A stretch of DNA of 64,000 nucleotides, from the NCBI GenBank assembly GCA_041652815.1, contig JBAZGN010000003.1, positions 65,530 through 129,529 of the forward strand, given 5' to 3'. Both the position numbers and the translations under genes were made by a program. Shown here one piece after another: positions 29,371 through 38,409 of the stretch; the first letter of the stretch is position 1; each line of letters opens with the position of its first letter. This stretch comes from Candidatus Omnitrophota bacterium (GTDB lineage: Bacteria; Omnitrophota; Gorgyraeia; Duberdicusellales; 4484-171). The notes under the pieces were generated by a model. It had not been told where the DNA came from. It was given only the letters and a program-made list of their open reading frames with translations, and searched no databases.

Positions 29371-29393
29371 AAGAACTGAGGTGGAAGAAACAA

Positions 29394-30272
29394 GTGTATT
29401 ACAGGGCTAAAAAAGTAATTATTTTGATTTTGCTGCATACGTTCTTATTGAGCGTAGCTTTAAGCTGCGTTTATCCGTTAGTCTGGATGCTTAATGTATC
29501 CCTTAAAACCGAGGAACAATTTCGTTCGGACTATGGAATGGAACTAAGCAGCAAACCTAACTTCGACAACTATAAAACAGTAATCTTCGAAGGAAAACTC
29601 GGCTATTATTTCATTAACAGTGTTTTTTATACATTTATTACGGTGTTTTTCATTGTGATAATTTCCTCTCTGGCTGCTTATTCTTTTGCGCGGCTTACCT
29701 TTCCCGGAAAGAATGTGATATTTTTTATGTTTCTTGCCGCAATGATGATACCCTTGCCTGCCGGATTTGTGCCGGTTTACATATTATTAAACAAGTTTTT
29801 TGTATTTTTCAATACAACATTTCCTTATTTACAAAAATGGGCCATTGCCGAACGTGGCGGTTATATTTTTGCAATGACAAATATGGGGCTTTCCTTAAGT
29901 ATTTACCTTCTTAAAACTTTTTTTGACCAGCTGCCGCGCGACCTGGAAGATGCCGCGAGAATTGATGGTTGTAATCGCATCCAAATCTGGTGGAACGTAG
30001 GCCTCCCTCTAGTTGCGCCTGCGCTTGCGGTGGTTATAATTTTTAATGCTATGACGGTGTGGAATGAATTTGTCCTTGCATCATTAATGTTTACAGAGGA
30101 TAGCCTTATGCCGCTTCAGGTAGGTTTAATGGAGATATATAACCGAAACATCATACAGCATACACTGATAATGTCAGCGCTTGCGCTTGCAGCATTACCT
30201 ATTATTTTTCTTTATTTAAAAATGCAGAAACAAATTATTAAAGGCCTTACAGCGGGAGCGGTGGTGGGATGA
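29394..30272 (+). CDS. ABC sugar transporter permease (MalG/UgpE-like)
   Basis: 292 aa with 6 TM helices and the EAA loop DAARIDGCNRIQIWWNVGLP. Confidence 0.8.
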   Translation: MYYRAKKVIILILLHTFLLSVALSCVYPLVWMLNVSLKTEEQFRSDYGMELSSKPNFDNYKTVIFEGKLGYYFINSVFYTFITVFFIVIISSLAAYSFARLTFPGKNVIFFMFLAAMMIPLPAGFVPVYILLNKFFVFFNTTFPYLQKWAIAERGGYIFAMTNMGLSLSIYLLKTFFDQLPRDLEDAARIDGCNRIQIWWNVGLPLVAPALAVVIIFNAMTVWNEFVLASLMFTEDSLMPLQVGLMEIYNRNIIQHTLIMSALALAALPIIFLYLKMQKQIIKGLTAGAVVG

Positions 30273-32596
30273 TGAGAATAGTCAGCCGTCGAAAGTCGAT
30301 AGTCCACAGAAAAATACGTATATTTGTTATTCTGTTTTCTTTGCTTGCTATGGACTATGGGCTATGGACTATGGACTCTTTTGCGCAAGAAGACTCAAGC
30401 GAATACGTAAATAAAGCCTGGGCGCTTAAAGGGGAAGGCAAGCTCGAGGAAGTGCATAAGATATGCGATGAAGCAATAACTAAATTTTCTCCCGAGGCTG
30501 ACAGGCTAGCCGCAACCTTAACCGCATTTCCTCCTCAACAGGAAGAAAGCGCTTATAAAATTATGAACGATGTGGCGATATGCTATTTTATAAAAGGCGA
30601 AACTTTGCGTGATGAAGGAAATTTTGAAGAAGCGGTAAAAGTATTCAAAGAAGTTATAAAAAAATATCCGTATGCCCAAGGTTTCGACCCCTCACGTGGC
30701 ACGTTTTGGTCAATAAAAGAAACCTCGCAAACAGTAATAGACGAAATTATCGGAAAAACAAAAGATGAAAAGTGGGAAATTGAAAAAAATATTCCTATTG
30801 AATTATACGACAAAGGACAATTCCCTGTTGATTATTCAAAATACGGACAGTTTCAGGGGCTTGGAACAAAAGATTATAAATATGAAATAAAAGACCCTAT
30901 CGGCTTGTCTAAAGCTGTGGGCGAAGGTATTTACCCGAATACAACCTCAGTAAAGTTTGACCCGGAATTTATAAAGATAAAAAAAGGGCTTTCAGGCATT
31001 GACCATTGGAAAGTGCTTAATGGCCGGGACTTTAAAACTGCTTTTTATAAATGGAATATGGCTCCTGAGCCGCAAGGCGTGCGGCAATTTTATATAGCAG
31101 ATATTTTAGAAAGAAGTGGCTTGCTTGAGCAGGCGATTAAATCTTACTATGCTGTTTTAGTACATTTTCCTAAAGAATATGGCTGGACCTATTGGCATAC
31201 CCCTTGGTACATCGGTAAAGCTTCGCTATACCGCATAAAATACCTGCTGCGCGAACATCCTGAATTGGGTTTTAAATTGGAAGGCGCATCAATAAAAATA
31301 GAAAACGGCTTCGATAACGATATCCGAAACGACATATTTATCGTAAATCCCGGTAAGTTAGTTAAAATTAACCTTTGGAATAAAATGACTTGCCCTAAAA
31401 CTGACATTTGCCTTACAAAACCGAAAAAATTAGGCAAAATCACAGAAATCCGTGGGGGGAACAAAGCAAGGCTCGTAAAATACGAAAATGGGGATTGGCA
31501 ACTGCTGGTTGACGGAAAACCCTTTATGATTAAAGGTGTCACCTACGGGCCCACAAGGGTCGGGGAATCCCCTGATAAAGGCACACAGCAGAACTGGACC
31601 CTTCAGGATATGAATAAAAACGGTATAATAGATGCACCTTTTGAGGCTTGGGCTGACCTAAACGATAATAATACCCAGGATACAGGGGAAGAGGCTGTCG
31701 GTGATTTTAACCTTATGAAAGAAATGGGGATAAACTGCATAAGGCTGTACCATCAGCCGTTTAAAATAAATAAGGAAGTTATTAGGCAAATTCATAAAAA
31801 ATATGGTATATATATAATATTAGGCGATTTTCTTGGAAAATACGCCCTAGGAAGCAAAGCCGCCTGGAATCCAGGCACTGACTACGATAACCCTGAGCAT
31901 AAGAAAAATATGCTCGAAAGCATAAAAGAAATGGTCATGGAATTCCGGGACGAAGATTCAGTGCTTATCTGGATGCTGGGTAACGAAAATGTTTATGGTG
32001 TTGCCTGTAACGCGGATAAAAAGCCTGAAAGCTTTTTTAAATTTGCAAACGAAGCAGCTCTTTTGATAAAATCGCTTGACCCGAAAAAACGGCCTGTAGC
32101 TATCGCTTCGGGGGATACTTTATACCTGGATATTTTTGCAAAAAATTCTCCCGATATAGATATATTCGGCTCCAATTGTTATCGCGGCAAATACGGTTTT
32201 TTGGATTTTTGGGATGAAGTAAGGAGAGTTGCAGACAGAGCAGCCATACTTACCGAATATGGCGCTCCTTCTATCGCTAAAGGTTATTCGATGATTGATG
32301 CTGAAAATTTTCAGGCAGAATACCATAAAGCAGCCTGGACAGATATATATTGTAACTCAGCTGGTTTTGGAACAGGAGATTCCGTTGGCGGAATTGTATT
32401 TGAGTGGCTTGATGAGTGGTGGAAAGCATACGCTCCATTCTATCATGACAAAAAAGCTCTTTTTGCCGGGCCATTTCTAGACGGATACATGCACGAAGAG
32501 TGGCTTGGCGTAACCGGCCAAGGCGATGGGAAACACTCTCCTTACATGCGCCATCTTAAAAAAGCATATTACATGTATAAAAACTTATGGAATTAA
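30269..32596 (+). CDS. Large secreted protein with an N-terminal TPR-like region and a C-terminal clan GH-A (TIM-barrel) glycoside-hydrolase-like domain, plus two EF-hand/dockerin-like Ca-binding loops
   Basis: 775 aa with a signal/TM at the N-terminus. It carries the acid/base-type motif WMLGNEN and the nucleophile-type motif ILTEYGAPS. The loops DMNKNGIIDAPFE and DLNDNNTQDTGEE match the D-x-N-x-N/D-G-x-x-D-x-x-E pattern. It is paralogous to the gene at 33981-35222. Confidence 0.5.
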   Translation: MMRIVSRRKSIVHRKIRIFVILFSLLAMDYGLWTMDSFAQEDSSEYVNKAWALKGEGKLEEVHKICDEAITKFSPEADRLAATLTAFPPQQEESAYKIMNDVAICYFIKGETLRDEGNFEEAVKVFKEVIKKYPYAQGFDPSRGTFWSIKETSQTVIDEIIGKTKDEKWEIEKNIPIELYDKGQFPVDYSKYGQFQGLGTKDYKYEIKDPIGLSKAVGEGIYPNTTSVKFDPEFIKIKKGLSGIDHWKVLNGRDFKTAFYKWNMAPEPQGVRQFYIADILERSGLLEQAIKSYYAVLVHFPKEYGWTYWHTPWYIGKASLYRIKYLLREHPELGFKLEGASIKIENGFDNDIRNDIFIVNPGKLVKINLWNKMTCPKTDICLTKPKKLGKITEIRGGNKARLVKYENGDWQLLVDGKPFMIKGVTYGPTRVGESPDKGTQQNWTLQDMNKNGIIDAPFEAWADLNDNNTQDTGEEAVGDFNLMKEMGINCIRLYHQPFKINKEVIRQIHKKYGIYIILGDFLGKYALGSKAAWNPGTDYDNPEHKKNMLESIKEMVMEFRDEDSVLIWMLGNENVYGVACNADKKPESFFKFANEAALLIKSLDPKKRPVAIASGDTLYLDIFAKNSPDIDIFGSNCYRGKYGFLDFWDEVRRVADRAAILTEYGAPSIAKGYSMIDAENFQAEYHKAAWTDIYCNSAGFGTGDSVGGIVFEWLDEWWKAYAPFYHDKKALFAGPFLDGYMHEEWLGVTGQGDGKHSPYMRHLKKAYYMYKNLWN

Positions 32597-32717
32597 AACA
32601 TATAATGATGATGAAGCATTCAAGAACGATAATTAAAGGAGGTGAAAAGCAGCGCGATTTACAAAAACAATTATTAACCAAGATGAAAAAAATTATTTAT
32701 CAGAAAGGAGGAGAATA

Positions 32718-33887
32718 ATGCGTAAGATATTATTTTTGTGTCTAATTTCACTATTGGCTCTTGGCACTTTTGCGCAGGCTGAGAATAAAAAATTCGATGT
32801 TTATACCGACAAGGGCGCTTCCGGCAATCATTTTATTCCAAGCGGATGGATGGGTGACTACGGCGATTTAAAATTCAGCGACCAGGATACTGAATCTCCG
32901 GCAAGCGGCTCCACAGCAATAAAAATAGACTACAGCGCAAAAAAATCGCAAGGCAACGGTTGGGCAGGCATATATTGGCAATCTTCACAAAATAACTGGG
33001 GAACAAAAGATACCGGTGTCGATTTAACCGGTTTTAATAAATTAGTATTTAAAGCAAAAGGTAAAAACGGCGGGGAAGTTATCAATATGGTTAAGATTGG
33101 CGGAATCACAAAAACGCCGGCGGGTGAAGCCGTTGCTTTCCCTGATTCAACCAATGTTGAGTATGGGCCAATCAGGTTAACCAAGGATTGGCAGGAATAT
33201 TCAGTGAATTTAACCGACAAAGACCTTCATTATATAAACGGCGGCTTATGCGTAATTTTCAATGCGGATCAGACAGCTGGCGCAGAGCAGACCGTATACA
33301 TCGATGATGTTTACTACACATATGACCCGGAGCTTAAAAAAGAAGAAGCGAAAATGAATTTTCCTTTTTACGTTTATGCCGATGCCGGCTCTTTAGACAA
33401 TCATTTTATCCCAAGTGGCTGGATGCCTGCAACTGCAGCTAAAGATTTAAAGCTTGATACAAACTGGAAGAATTTACCCTTTAGCGGAGATTCTTGTATA
33501 CGCGTAGAATACAGAAACAACTCAGGGACTCGTTGGGCAGGAATATATTGGCAGCAACCGGCAAACAACTGGGGTTCAATTGCAAACGCAGGATACAACC
33601 TTCAAGGCGCAGGCAAGCTTACCTTCTGGGCAAGAGGAGATAAGGGCGGAGAAGTCATTAATGAATTTAAAATCGGCGGTATTTCCAGCGGGGAATACAT
33701 TGATTCCGACAGCGTAAGCGTAGGGCCAATACAGCTTACAAAAGATTGGAAGCAGTATGAAATTGACTTACGCGGTAAAGACCTTTCCTATATAATAGGA
33801 GGTTTTTGCTGGGCAACAAACATTGACGTAAACGAACCCGAAGGCATAGTATTTTACTTAGACGATATCAAATACGAAAAAGAGTAA
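32718..33887 (+). CDS. Secreted protein with two tandem ~170-aa repeats (putative carbohydrate-binding/CBM-like modules)
   Basis: 389 aa with a signal peptide. The internal duplication reads HFIPSGWMGDYGD...GWAGIYWQSSQNNWG...KGKNGGEVIN...KIGGI versus HFIPSGWMPATAA...RWAGIYWQQPANNWG...RGDKGGEVINEFKIGGI. Confidence 0.4.
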   Translation: MRKILFLCLISLLALGTFAQAENKKFDVYTDKGASGNHFIPSGWMGDYGDLKFSDQDTESPASGSTAIKIDYSAKKSQGNGWAGIYWQSSQNNWGTKDTGVDLTGFNKLVFKAKGKNGGEVINMVKIGGITKTPAGEAVAFPDSTNVEYGPIRLTKDWQEYSVNLTDKDLHYINGGLCVIFNADQTAGAEQTVYIDDVYYTYDPELKKEEAKMNFPFYVYADAGSLDNHFIPSGWMPATAAKDLKLDTNWKNLPFSGDSCIRVEYRNNSGTRWAGIYWQQPANNWGSIANAGYNLQGAGKLTFWARGDKGGEVINEFKIGGISSGEYIDSDSVSVGPIQLTKDWKQYEIDLRGKDLSYIIGGFCWATNIDVNEPEGIVFYLDDIKYEKE

Positions 33888-33911
33888 TAAAACGAATACA
33901 CACGAATTAGA

Positions 33912-33947
33912 GACGAATTACCACGAATATATTAGTGGTAATTCGTC
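33912..33947. repeat. Perfect 13-bp palindromic hairpin flanked by ACGAAT / ATTCGT sub-repeats
   Basis: The hairpin is GACGAATTACCAC-gaatatatta-GTGGTAATTCGTC. ACGAAT occurs 4 times upstream at a ~10-nt period and ATTCGT twice downstream. It lies between the tandem-repeat protein gene and the GH gene. Confidence 0.6.
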
Positions 33948-33980
33948 CTTCTATTGGTGGTCATTCGTGTATAAAACAAA

Positions 33981-35222
33981 ATGAAAAAATCCTTAATTTT
34001 AATAATTTGTTTAGGCTTAAATTTATTTATAAGCTTGTCTTTATTTGCAGAGGCATCAAAAGTTGCAATCAAAACTACAGAAGAAGGCGGATATTATCTT
34101 ACCGTAGACAATAAACCATTCTTAATTAAAGGTATAATTTACAACCCCACGCCTATTTGCAAAGGTTACGATTACGAATTTTTTACTGACACGAATAAGC
34201 AATGGTTGATAGACGGAAAACTCATGAAGGATGCCGGTATAAACTGTGTAAGGATTTATTCAACCGGCGAAGACCTTGATAAAGTCAAAGCATTTATAAA
34301 CGAAATGTACACTAAATTCGGAATTTACACAATCGTAAGTGATTGGTTAGGCCTGTGGTCTTACCCTGGCGTAAATTACGCTGACGCGCAGTTTCAAAAA
34401 AACACAAAAGAACGTATATTGAAAATCACTGAGGCCCTGAAGGGTGAAAAAGGGTTGCTTCTTTGGGTTTTAGGTAATGAAAACAGTTATACCTTTTCGG
34501 GAAAAATCTGCTTTTGGACGTGCCCGGAAATAGACAAAATAAAAGAGTTGCGAAAACAGATAGAAAAACGGGCACAAATTTACTATACTTTTGTAGATGA
34601 GCTAGCTGCTGAAATCAAAAAAATTGACCCAAATCATCCTGTGGCTTTAGGAAATGGCGAAGAAAGCTTTTTAGACATCGCATCGAAGGTATGCGACGAT
34701 ATAGACATTTTGGCCATAATTTCATACAGGGGAAAGAAATTTGGCAATTTATTCAACCACATAAAAAGCTATTTTAACAAACCGATTTTTATCTCAGAAT
34801 TCGGAGCAGACTCCTATGATGCTTACCTAGAGAAAGAAGCAGAAGATACCCAATCAGAATATATAATTTCTCAATGGAACAACTTATTCGAACATACCGT
34901 ATTTAGTAAAAATACACAGGGAAATTGCCTGGGCGGCACTCTCTTTGAATGGAGCGATGAGTGGTGGAAACATGATGAAGGATACACTCCCAATTGGTGC
35001 ATCCATAACACTGAAGCCGGATGGTCTAATGGCTCGTATTATTTTGATATAAAGGCAAAAAATAACGGCCTGAATATGAATGAAGAATGGTTTGGCATAG
35101 TCGCACTTTCCGATAAGAAAATAAAGGCAACCGATGTGGATCAAAGGATTCCTAAAAAATCTTATTATGCTCTTAAGGATTTCCTAAACCGCATTTCTAG
35201 AGAATCTATAAAAATAAAATAA
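33981..35222 (+). CDS. Secreted clan GH-A TIM-barrel glycoside-hydrolase-like protein (paralog of the C-terminal domain of the 775-aa protein)
   Basis: 413 aa with a signal peptide and the motifs LWVLGNENSYT and ISEFGADSYD. Confidence 0.5.
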   Translation: MKKSLILIICLGLNLFISLSLFAEASKVAIKTTEEGGYYLTVDNKPFLIKGIIYNPTPICKGYDYEFFTDTNKQWLIDGKLMKDAGINCVRIYSTGEDLDKVKAFINEMYTKFGIYTIVSDWLGLWSYPGVNYADAQFQKNTKERILKITEALKGEKGLLLWVLGNENSYTFSGKICFWTCPEIDKIKELRKQIEKRAQIYYTFVDELAAEIKKIDPNHPVALGNGEESFLDIASKVCDDIDILAIISYRGKKFGNLFNHIKSYFNKPIFISEFGADSYDAYLEKEAEDTQSEYIISQWNNLFEHTVFSKNTQGNCLGGTLFEWSDEWWKHDEGYTPNWCIHNTEAGWSNGSYYFDIKAKNNGLNMNEEWFGIVALSDKKIKATDVDQRIPKKSYYALKDFLNRISRESIKIK

Positions 35223-35271
35223 ACCCGCCTTACTGCAGACACCAGTTACCTTTAATTTCCCTCAAAAACGT

Positions 35272-35300
35272 TTGACAGATAATCAATTATTGTTTAAAAT
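35272..35300 (+). promoter_or_regulatory. Near-consensus sigma70 promoter (TTGACA-N17-TAAAAT)
   Basis: TTGACA at 35272-35277 is followed after a 17-nt spacer by TAAAAT at 35295-35300. It lies upstream of a ~190-nt GC-rich leader and the gene at 35499. Confidence 0.55.
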
Positions 35301-35302
35301 CT

Positions 35303-35498
35303 AATAAGGCTTTGTTTTCTGGAGCCCCACGGGTACGCCGAAGGCTTCCCGTGGCAGTTACAATACGTCCCGTGGGGCGACGTCCCGCTCCGCCATTCAT
35401 CCACGGGCGCAGCCTCGCCCACCGGAGGCGGGCAGGGTATTATGGTAAAGGGAATAACTAAACTGGGGCAAGGTTATTAGTTCTAACTAAAAGGGGGG
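35303..35498 (+). ncRNA. GC-rich structured leader / candidate cis-regulatory RNA (riboswitch-like) upstream of the PagL-like gene
   Basis: Locally high GC in a low-GC genome. Mutually exclusive pairings are possible: GCCCCACGGG (35323-35332) can pair with CCCGTGG (35349-35355) or with CCCGTGGGGC (35369-35378), and CCACGGG recurs at 35401. The motifs CUGGAG...CGCCGAAGG and CACCGGAGGCGGGCA weakly recall glycine-riboswitch cores. Confidence 0.35.
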
Positions 35499-36131
35499 TT
35501 GGAAAGGATGAAGAAAGCTTTAGCTGTAGCAGTATTTTTTTTATGTTTCGCAAGTTTGCCGAAAGCTTATGCGCTGGATGGCGTAGAAGTATTTAGCGGG
35601 TACCTTGATGGCCATTTGGACGATACAAAAAAAGATTACCAGGCTGTGCCTTTATTGGTCGGCCTTATTTTTGACTTAAAACCCTTGACCAGTAAAATCG
35701 GAATAAATCCTAAAGGCCGGGTTGATTTTATACTCGAGCCCTTTATAAATACGGTAACTTCCCCTAATTCCAATGTCGAAGTTGGCTCAAATTTTTTATT
35801 TGAATATGTTTTCCCGCTTTCAGAAAAAATTCAACCATATGTTAAGGGTGGCGTTGGCGCATTATACATGAGCCAACACACATTAGAACAATCAACTCAA
35901 TACAATTTCCTGCCTCAGGGAGGAGGAGGTTTACGTTATTTTATAAAAGATAATATTGCTCTTAACTTTGAATACCGCTACCGGCATCTTTCTAATGCGA
36001 GTTTAAAACACCCTAATAGCGGTATAGATGCGAATATGTATCTGGGAGGCATTACAATATTTTTCGATAAAGGAAAAAGCACCGGTGCAAAAGAAGATGA
36101 CACAAAGAATACGGAAAGCAAAGATAAGTGA
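35499..36131 (+). CDS. Outer-membrane beta-barrel protein, PagL-like lipid A deacylase / acyloxyacyl hydrolase family (tentative)
   Basis: 210 aa with a signal peptide, alternating beta-strand pattern and a C-terminal aromatic residue. The motif YRYRHLSNA matches a His-x-Ser-Asn catalytic pattern. Confidence 0.4.
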   Translation: MERMKKALAVAVFFLCFASLPKAYALDGVEVFSGYLDGHLDDTKKDYQAVPLLVGLIFDLKPLTSKIGINPKGRVDFILEPFINTVTSPNSNVEVGSNFLFEYVFPLSEKIQPYVKGGVGALYMSQHTLEQSTQYNFLPQGGGGLRYFIKDNIALNFEYRYRHLSNASLKHPNSGIDANMYLGGITIFFDKGKSTGAKEDDTKNTESKDK

Positions 36132-36573
36132 CGCTAAAGAAATATACTCTCTGATTAATTCCTGGTCTAAGGAAGGAAAAGTCCTAGAAAGGTCTCTTAA
36201 TTATATTTACGAGAATATAAGGGATTTCTGGGTTTACGAGGCCAGGAATGAAATCATAGGGTCTTGCGCACTTCACGTAGTCGGCTGGCAAGACTTAGGA
36301 GAAATAAAATCACTGGTGATTTTAAAAAAATTTCAGGATAAAGGCATAGGAACAAAACTTGTTACACGTTGTGCTACTGAAGCAAAAAGCATAGGCATAA
36401 AAAACGTATTCGCGCTAACGTTTGTTCCTCAATTTTTTAAAAAGCTTGGCTTTCGCGAAATAGACAGGAAAAATCTTCCACATAAAATCTGGAGTGATTG
36501 TGTCAATTGCATCTATTTTCCAGATTGCCAAGAAAAAGCTGTAATTCTGCATTTAAAATCTTTACACAGATGA
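36097..36573 (+). CDS. GNAT-family N-acetyltransferase (short amino-acid N-acetyltransferase-like)
   Basis: The ORF track starts at 36028, but the start chosen here is the Met at 36097, outside the upstream gene. The acetyl-CoA binding motif is QDKGIGTKLV. Confidence 0.55.
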   Translation: MTQRIRKAKISDAKEIYSLINSWSKEGKVLERSLNYIYENIRDFWVYEARNEIIGSCALHVVGWQDLGEIKSLVILKKFQDKGIGTKLVTRCATEAKSIGIKNVFALTFVPQFFKKLGFREIDRKNLPHKIWSDCVNCIYFPDCQEKAVILHLKSLHR

Positions 36574-36650
36574 TCACAGACGGCAGACACAGATGATCGC
36601 AGATAAAATCATCTGCGATCATCTGCTTTTAAATCTGTGCCAATCTGTGT
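36574..36650. repeat. CAGA-repeat element, copy E3 (diverged relative of E1/E2), containing the GNAT terminator hairpin
   Basis: The left arm has CACAGAC...CAGACACAGAT, the right arm has ATCTGTGccaATCTGTGT, and the centre is a palindrome. Confidence 0.45.
36590..36630 (+). terminator. Rho-independent terminator (15-bp perfect stem plus T-tract)
   Basis: The sequence CAGATGATCGCAGAT-aaaatc-ATCTGCGATCATCTG is followed by CTTTT, 17 nt after the GNAT stop codon. Confidence 0.65.
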
Positions 36651-36668
36651 TAAAAAAGGAGAGAAAAA

Positions 36669-37832
36669 ATGTTTCTTGTTGATTATCCAATGACCGAAGA
36701 GCAAAAAATGCTGAGGGAACTTTGCCGCCAAATTGCAGAAGAAAAAATACGGCCGGTTTCGCGGCAGCTTGATGAAAAAGAAGAATTCCCCTCGGAGGTG
36801 ATTAAAACTCTGGCACAAGCTGATTTATTCAGATTATGCATACCTGAAACTTACGGAGGCATGGGCTCCGGGCTTTTAAACCTTTGCATAGCTACCGAAG
36901 AGATTTCTCGTGTAGACGGCGGTATCGCAACGAGTTATGCCGCATCATTCTTGGGAATGTTTCCAATACTTTTATTCGGAACAGAAGAACAAAAGAAAAA
37001 ATACCTTCCGGATATAGCCAGCGGAAAACACCTTACAGCGTTTGCTCTCACAGAGCCCGAGGCCGGCTCAGATGCTTCAGCCGTAAAGACTGTTGCAAAG
37101 AAAGACGGCGATTACTATATAATCAATGGGACAAAACATTTTATCACAAACGGCGGCGATGCGGATATATACACTGTAATTGCGGTAACCGATAAAGCTA
37201 GGGGCGCTAGAGGAGTTTCTGCTTTTATAGTTGAAAAAGGAACCCCGGGTTTTACTTTCGGAAAAAAAGAAGAAAAACTTGGCATACGTGCGTCATCCAC
37301 AAGAGAACTAGTTTTCACAGATGTAAAAGTACATAAAAATAATTTGCTGGGACAACGCGAAGGCATAGGCTTTATTGCTACCATGAAAACATTCGATAAT
37401 TCACGGCCGGGTGTAGCAGCGCAGGCTGTTGGTATCGCCCAAGGCGCACTTGAGCTTGCTACAGAATATGCACACAAAAGAATACAATTCGGTAAACCCA
37501 TAAGCTCATTCCAAGGCATACAATGGATGCTAGCAGATATGGCAACGAAAGTAGAAGCAGCCAGAAGCCTCGTATACGCAACAGCCGGGATGGTTGATAG
37601 AGGGCTAAAAGATGTGGGTACCGCCTCAGCTGCTGCCAAGCTTTTTGCCTCAGAAGTTGCAATGCAGGTTTCAACCGATGCCGTTCAGATATTTGGCGGC
37701 TACGGCTATATGCGTGATTATCCGGTTGAAAAATTTATGCGCGATGCAAAAATTACGCAAATTTACGAAGGAACAAATCAGATACAAAAAAACATAATCG
37801 CCCTAGCGCTTATAAAAAAATACGGCAAATAA
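36669..37832 (+). CDS. Acyl-CoA dehydrogenase (short-chain/butyryl-CoA dehydrogenase-like)
   Basis: 387-aa FAD enzyme with the motifs FALTEPEAGSDA, YIINGTKHFITNG and a C-terminal GGYGYMRDYPVEKFMRDAKITQIYEGTNQIQ stretch. Confidence 0.85.
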   Translation: MFLVDYPMTEEQKMLRELCRQIAEEKIRPVSRQLDEKEEFPSEVIKTLAQADLFRLCIPETYGGMGSGLLNLCIATEEISRVDGGIATSYAASFLGMFPILLFGTEEQKKKYLPDIASGKHLTAFALTEPEAGSDASAVKTVAKKDGDYYIINGTKHFITNGGDADIYTVIAVTDKARGARGVSAFIVEKGTPGFTFGKKEEKLGIRASSTRELVFTDVKVHKNNLLGQREGIGFIATMKTFDNSRPGVAAQAVGIAQGALELATEYAHKRIQFGKPISSFQGIQWMLADMATKVEAARSLVYATAGMVDRGLKDVGTASAAAKLFASEVAMQVSTDAVQIFGGYGYMRDYPVEKFMRDAKITQIYEGTNQIQKNIIALALIKKYGK

Positions 37833-37905
37833 TCCGGTTATTAAGCATACAATCGCCGTATAGATAAAAAATTGCTATTCTCTTGAAATGATGGGGGGAT
37901 ACTAA

Positions 37906-38409
37906 GTGAAAAACATTTACCTTGTTGGTTTCATGGGGGTAGGCAAAACTGTTGTAGGCAAAATTATTGCCGACAAGCTTAAATTGAAGTTCATTGAAAC
38001 GGATGGCACAATCGAAAAAGAAGAAGGCTGTCCCATAACCGAAATTTTTGCAACAAAAGGTGAACAACATTTCAGGCAGCTGGAGAGTAACCTTCTTAAA
38101 AAAATATCCAAAGAAACAAATCTTATAGTCAGCTGCGGAGGAGGGCTCGTCTGTAACAAAGAAAATTTACGAATACTAAAAGAAACCGGTACAGTATTTA
38201 ACCTTACTGCGGAAACTAAAACTATTTACGAAAGAATTAAAAAATACAGCCATCGGCCGCTCCTTAATGTAGAGGACCCTGTGGCGAAGATAGATGAACT
38301 TATGCAAAAACGAAGCCCATACTACAAACAGGCGCATCACACAATAGATACGACCAAGATAAGCCCTGATGAAGTTTCCGATAAAATAATCGACATACTG
38401 AATGGCTAA
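37906..38409 (+). CDS. aroK: Shikimate kinase
   Basis: 167 aa with a P-loop GFMGVGKT and the LID/SB region SCGGG. Confidence 0.8.
   Translation: MKNIYLVGFMGVGKTVVGKIIADKLKLKFIETDGTIEKEEGCPITEIFATKGEQHFRQLESNLLKKISKETNLIVSCGGGLVCNKENLRILKETGTVFNLTAETKTIYERIKKYSHRPLLNVEDPVAKIDELMQKRSPYYKQAHHTIDTTKISPDEVSDKIIDILNG

Noticed and set aside
35303-35440. GC-rich element, considered as SRP (4.5S) RNA, tmRNA or RNase P RNA
   Set aside because: It lacks the SRP domain IV GGAAGCAGC-type motif and is far too short for tmRNA or RNase P. It is kept only as a candidate cis-regulatory leader.
36028-36096. Upstream start (36028) of the GNAT ORF as given in the ORF track
   Set aside because: That start would overlap the preceding OMP gene by about 100 nt. 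The Met at 36097 (MTQRIRKAKISDAKEI...) lies right after the upstream stop and gives a typical GNAT length.
36884-37195. 103-aa Arg/Cys-rich ORF (MHSYRRDFSCRRRYRN...)
   Set aside because: It is an alternative frame embedded in the well-supported acyl-CoA dehydrogenase gene. It has low complexity and no independent RBS, so it is spurious.
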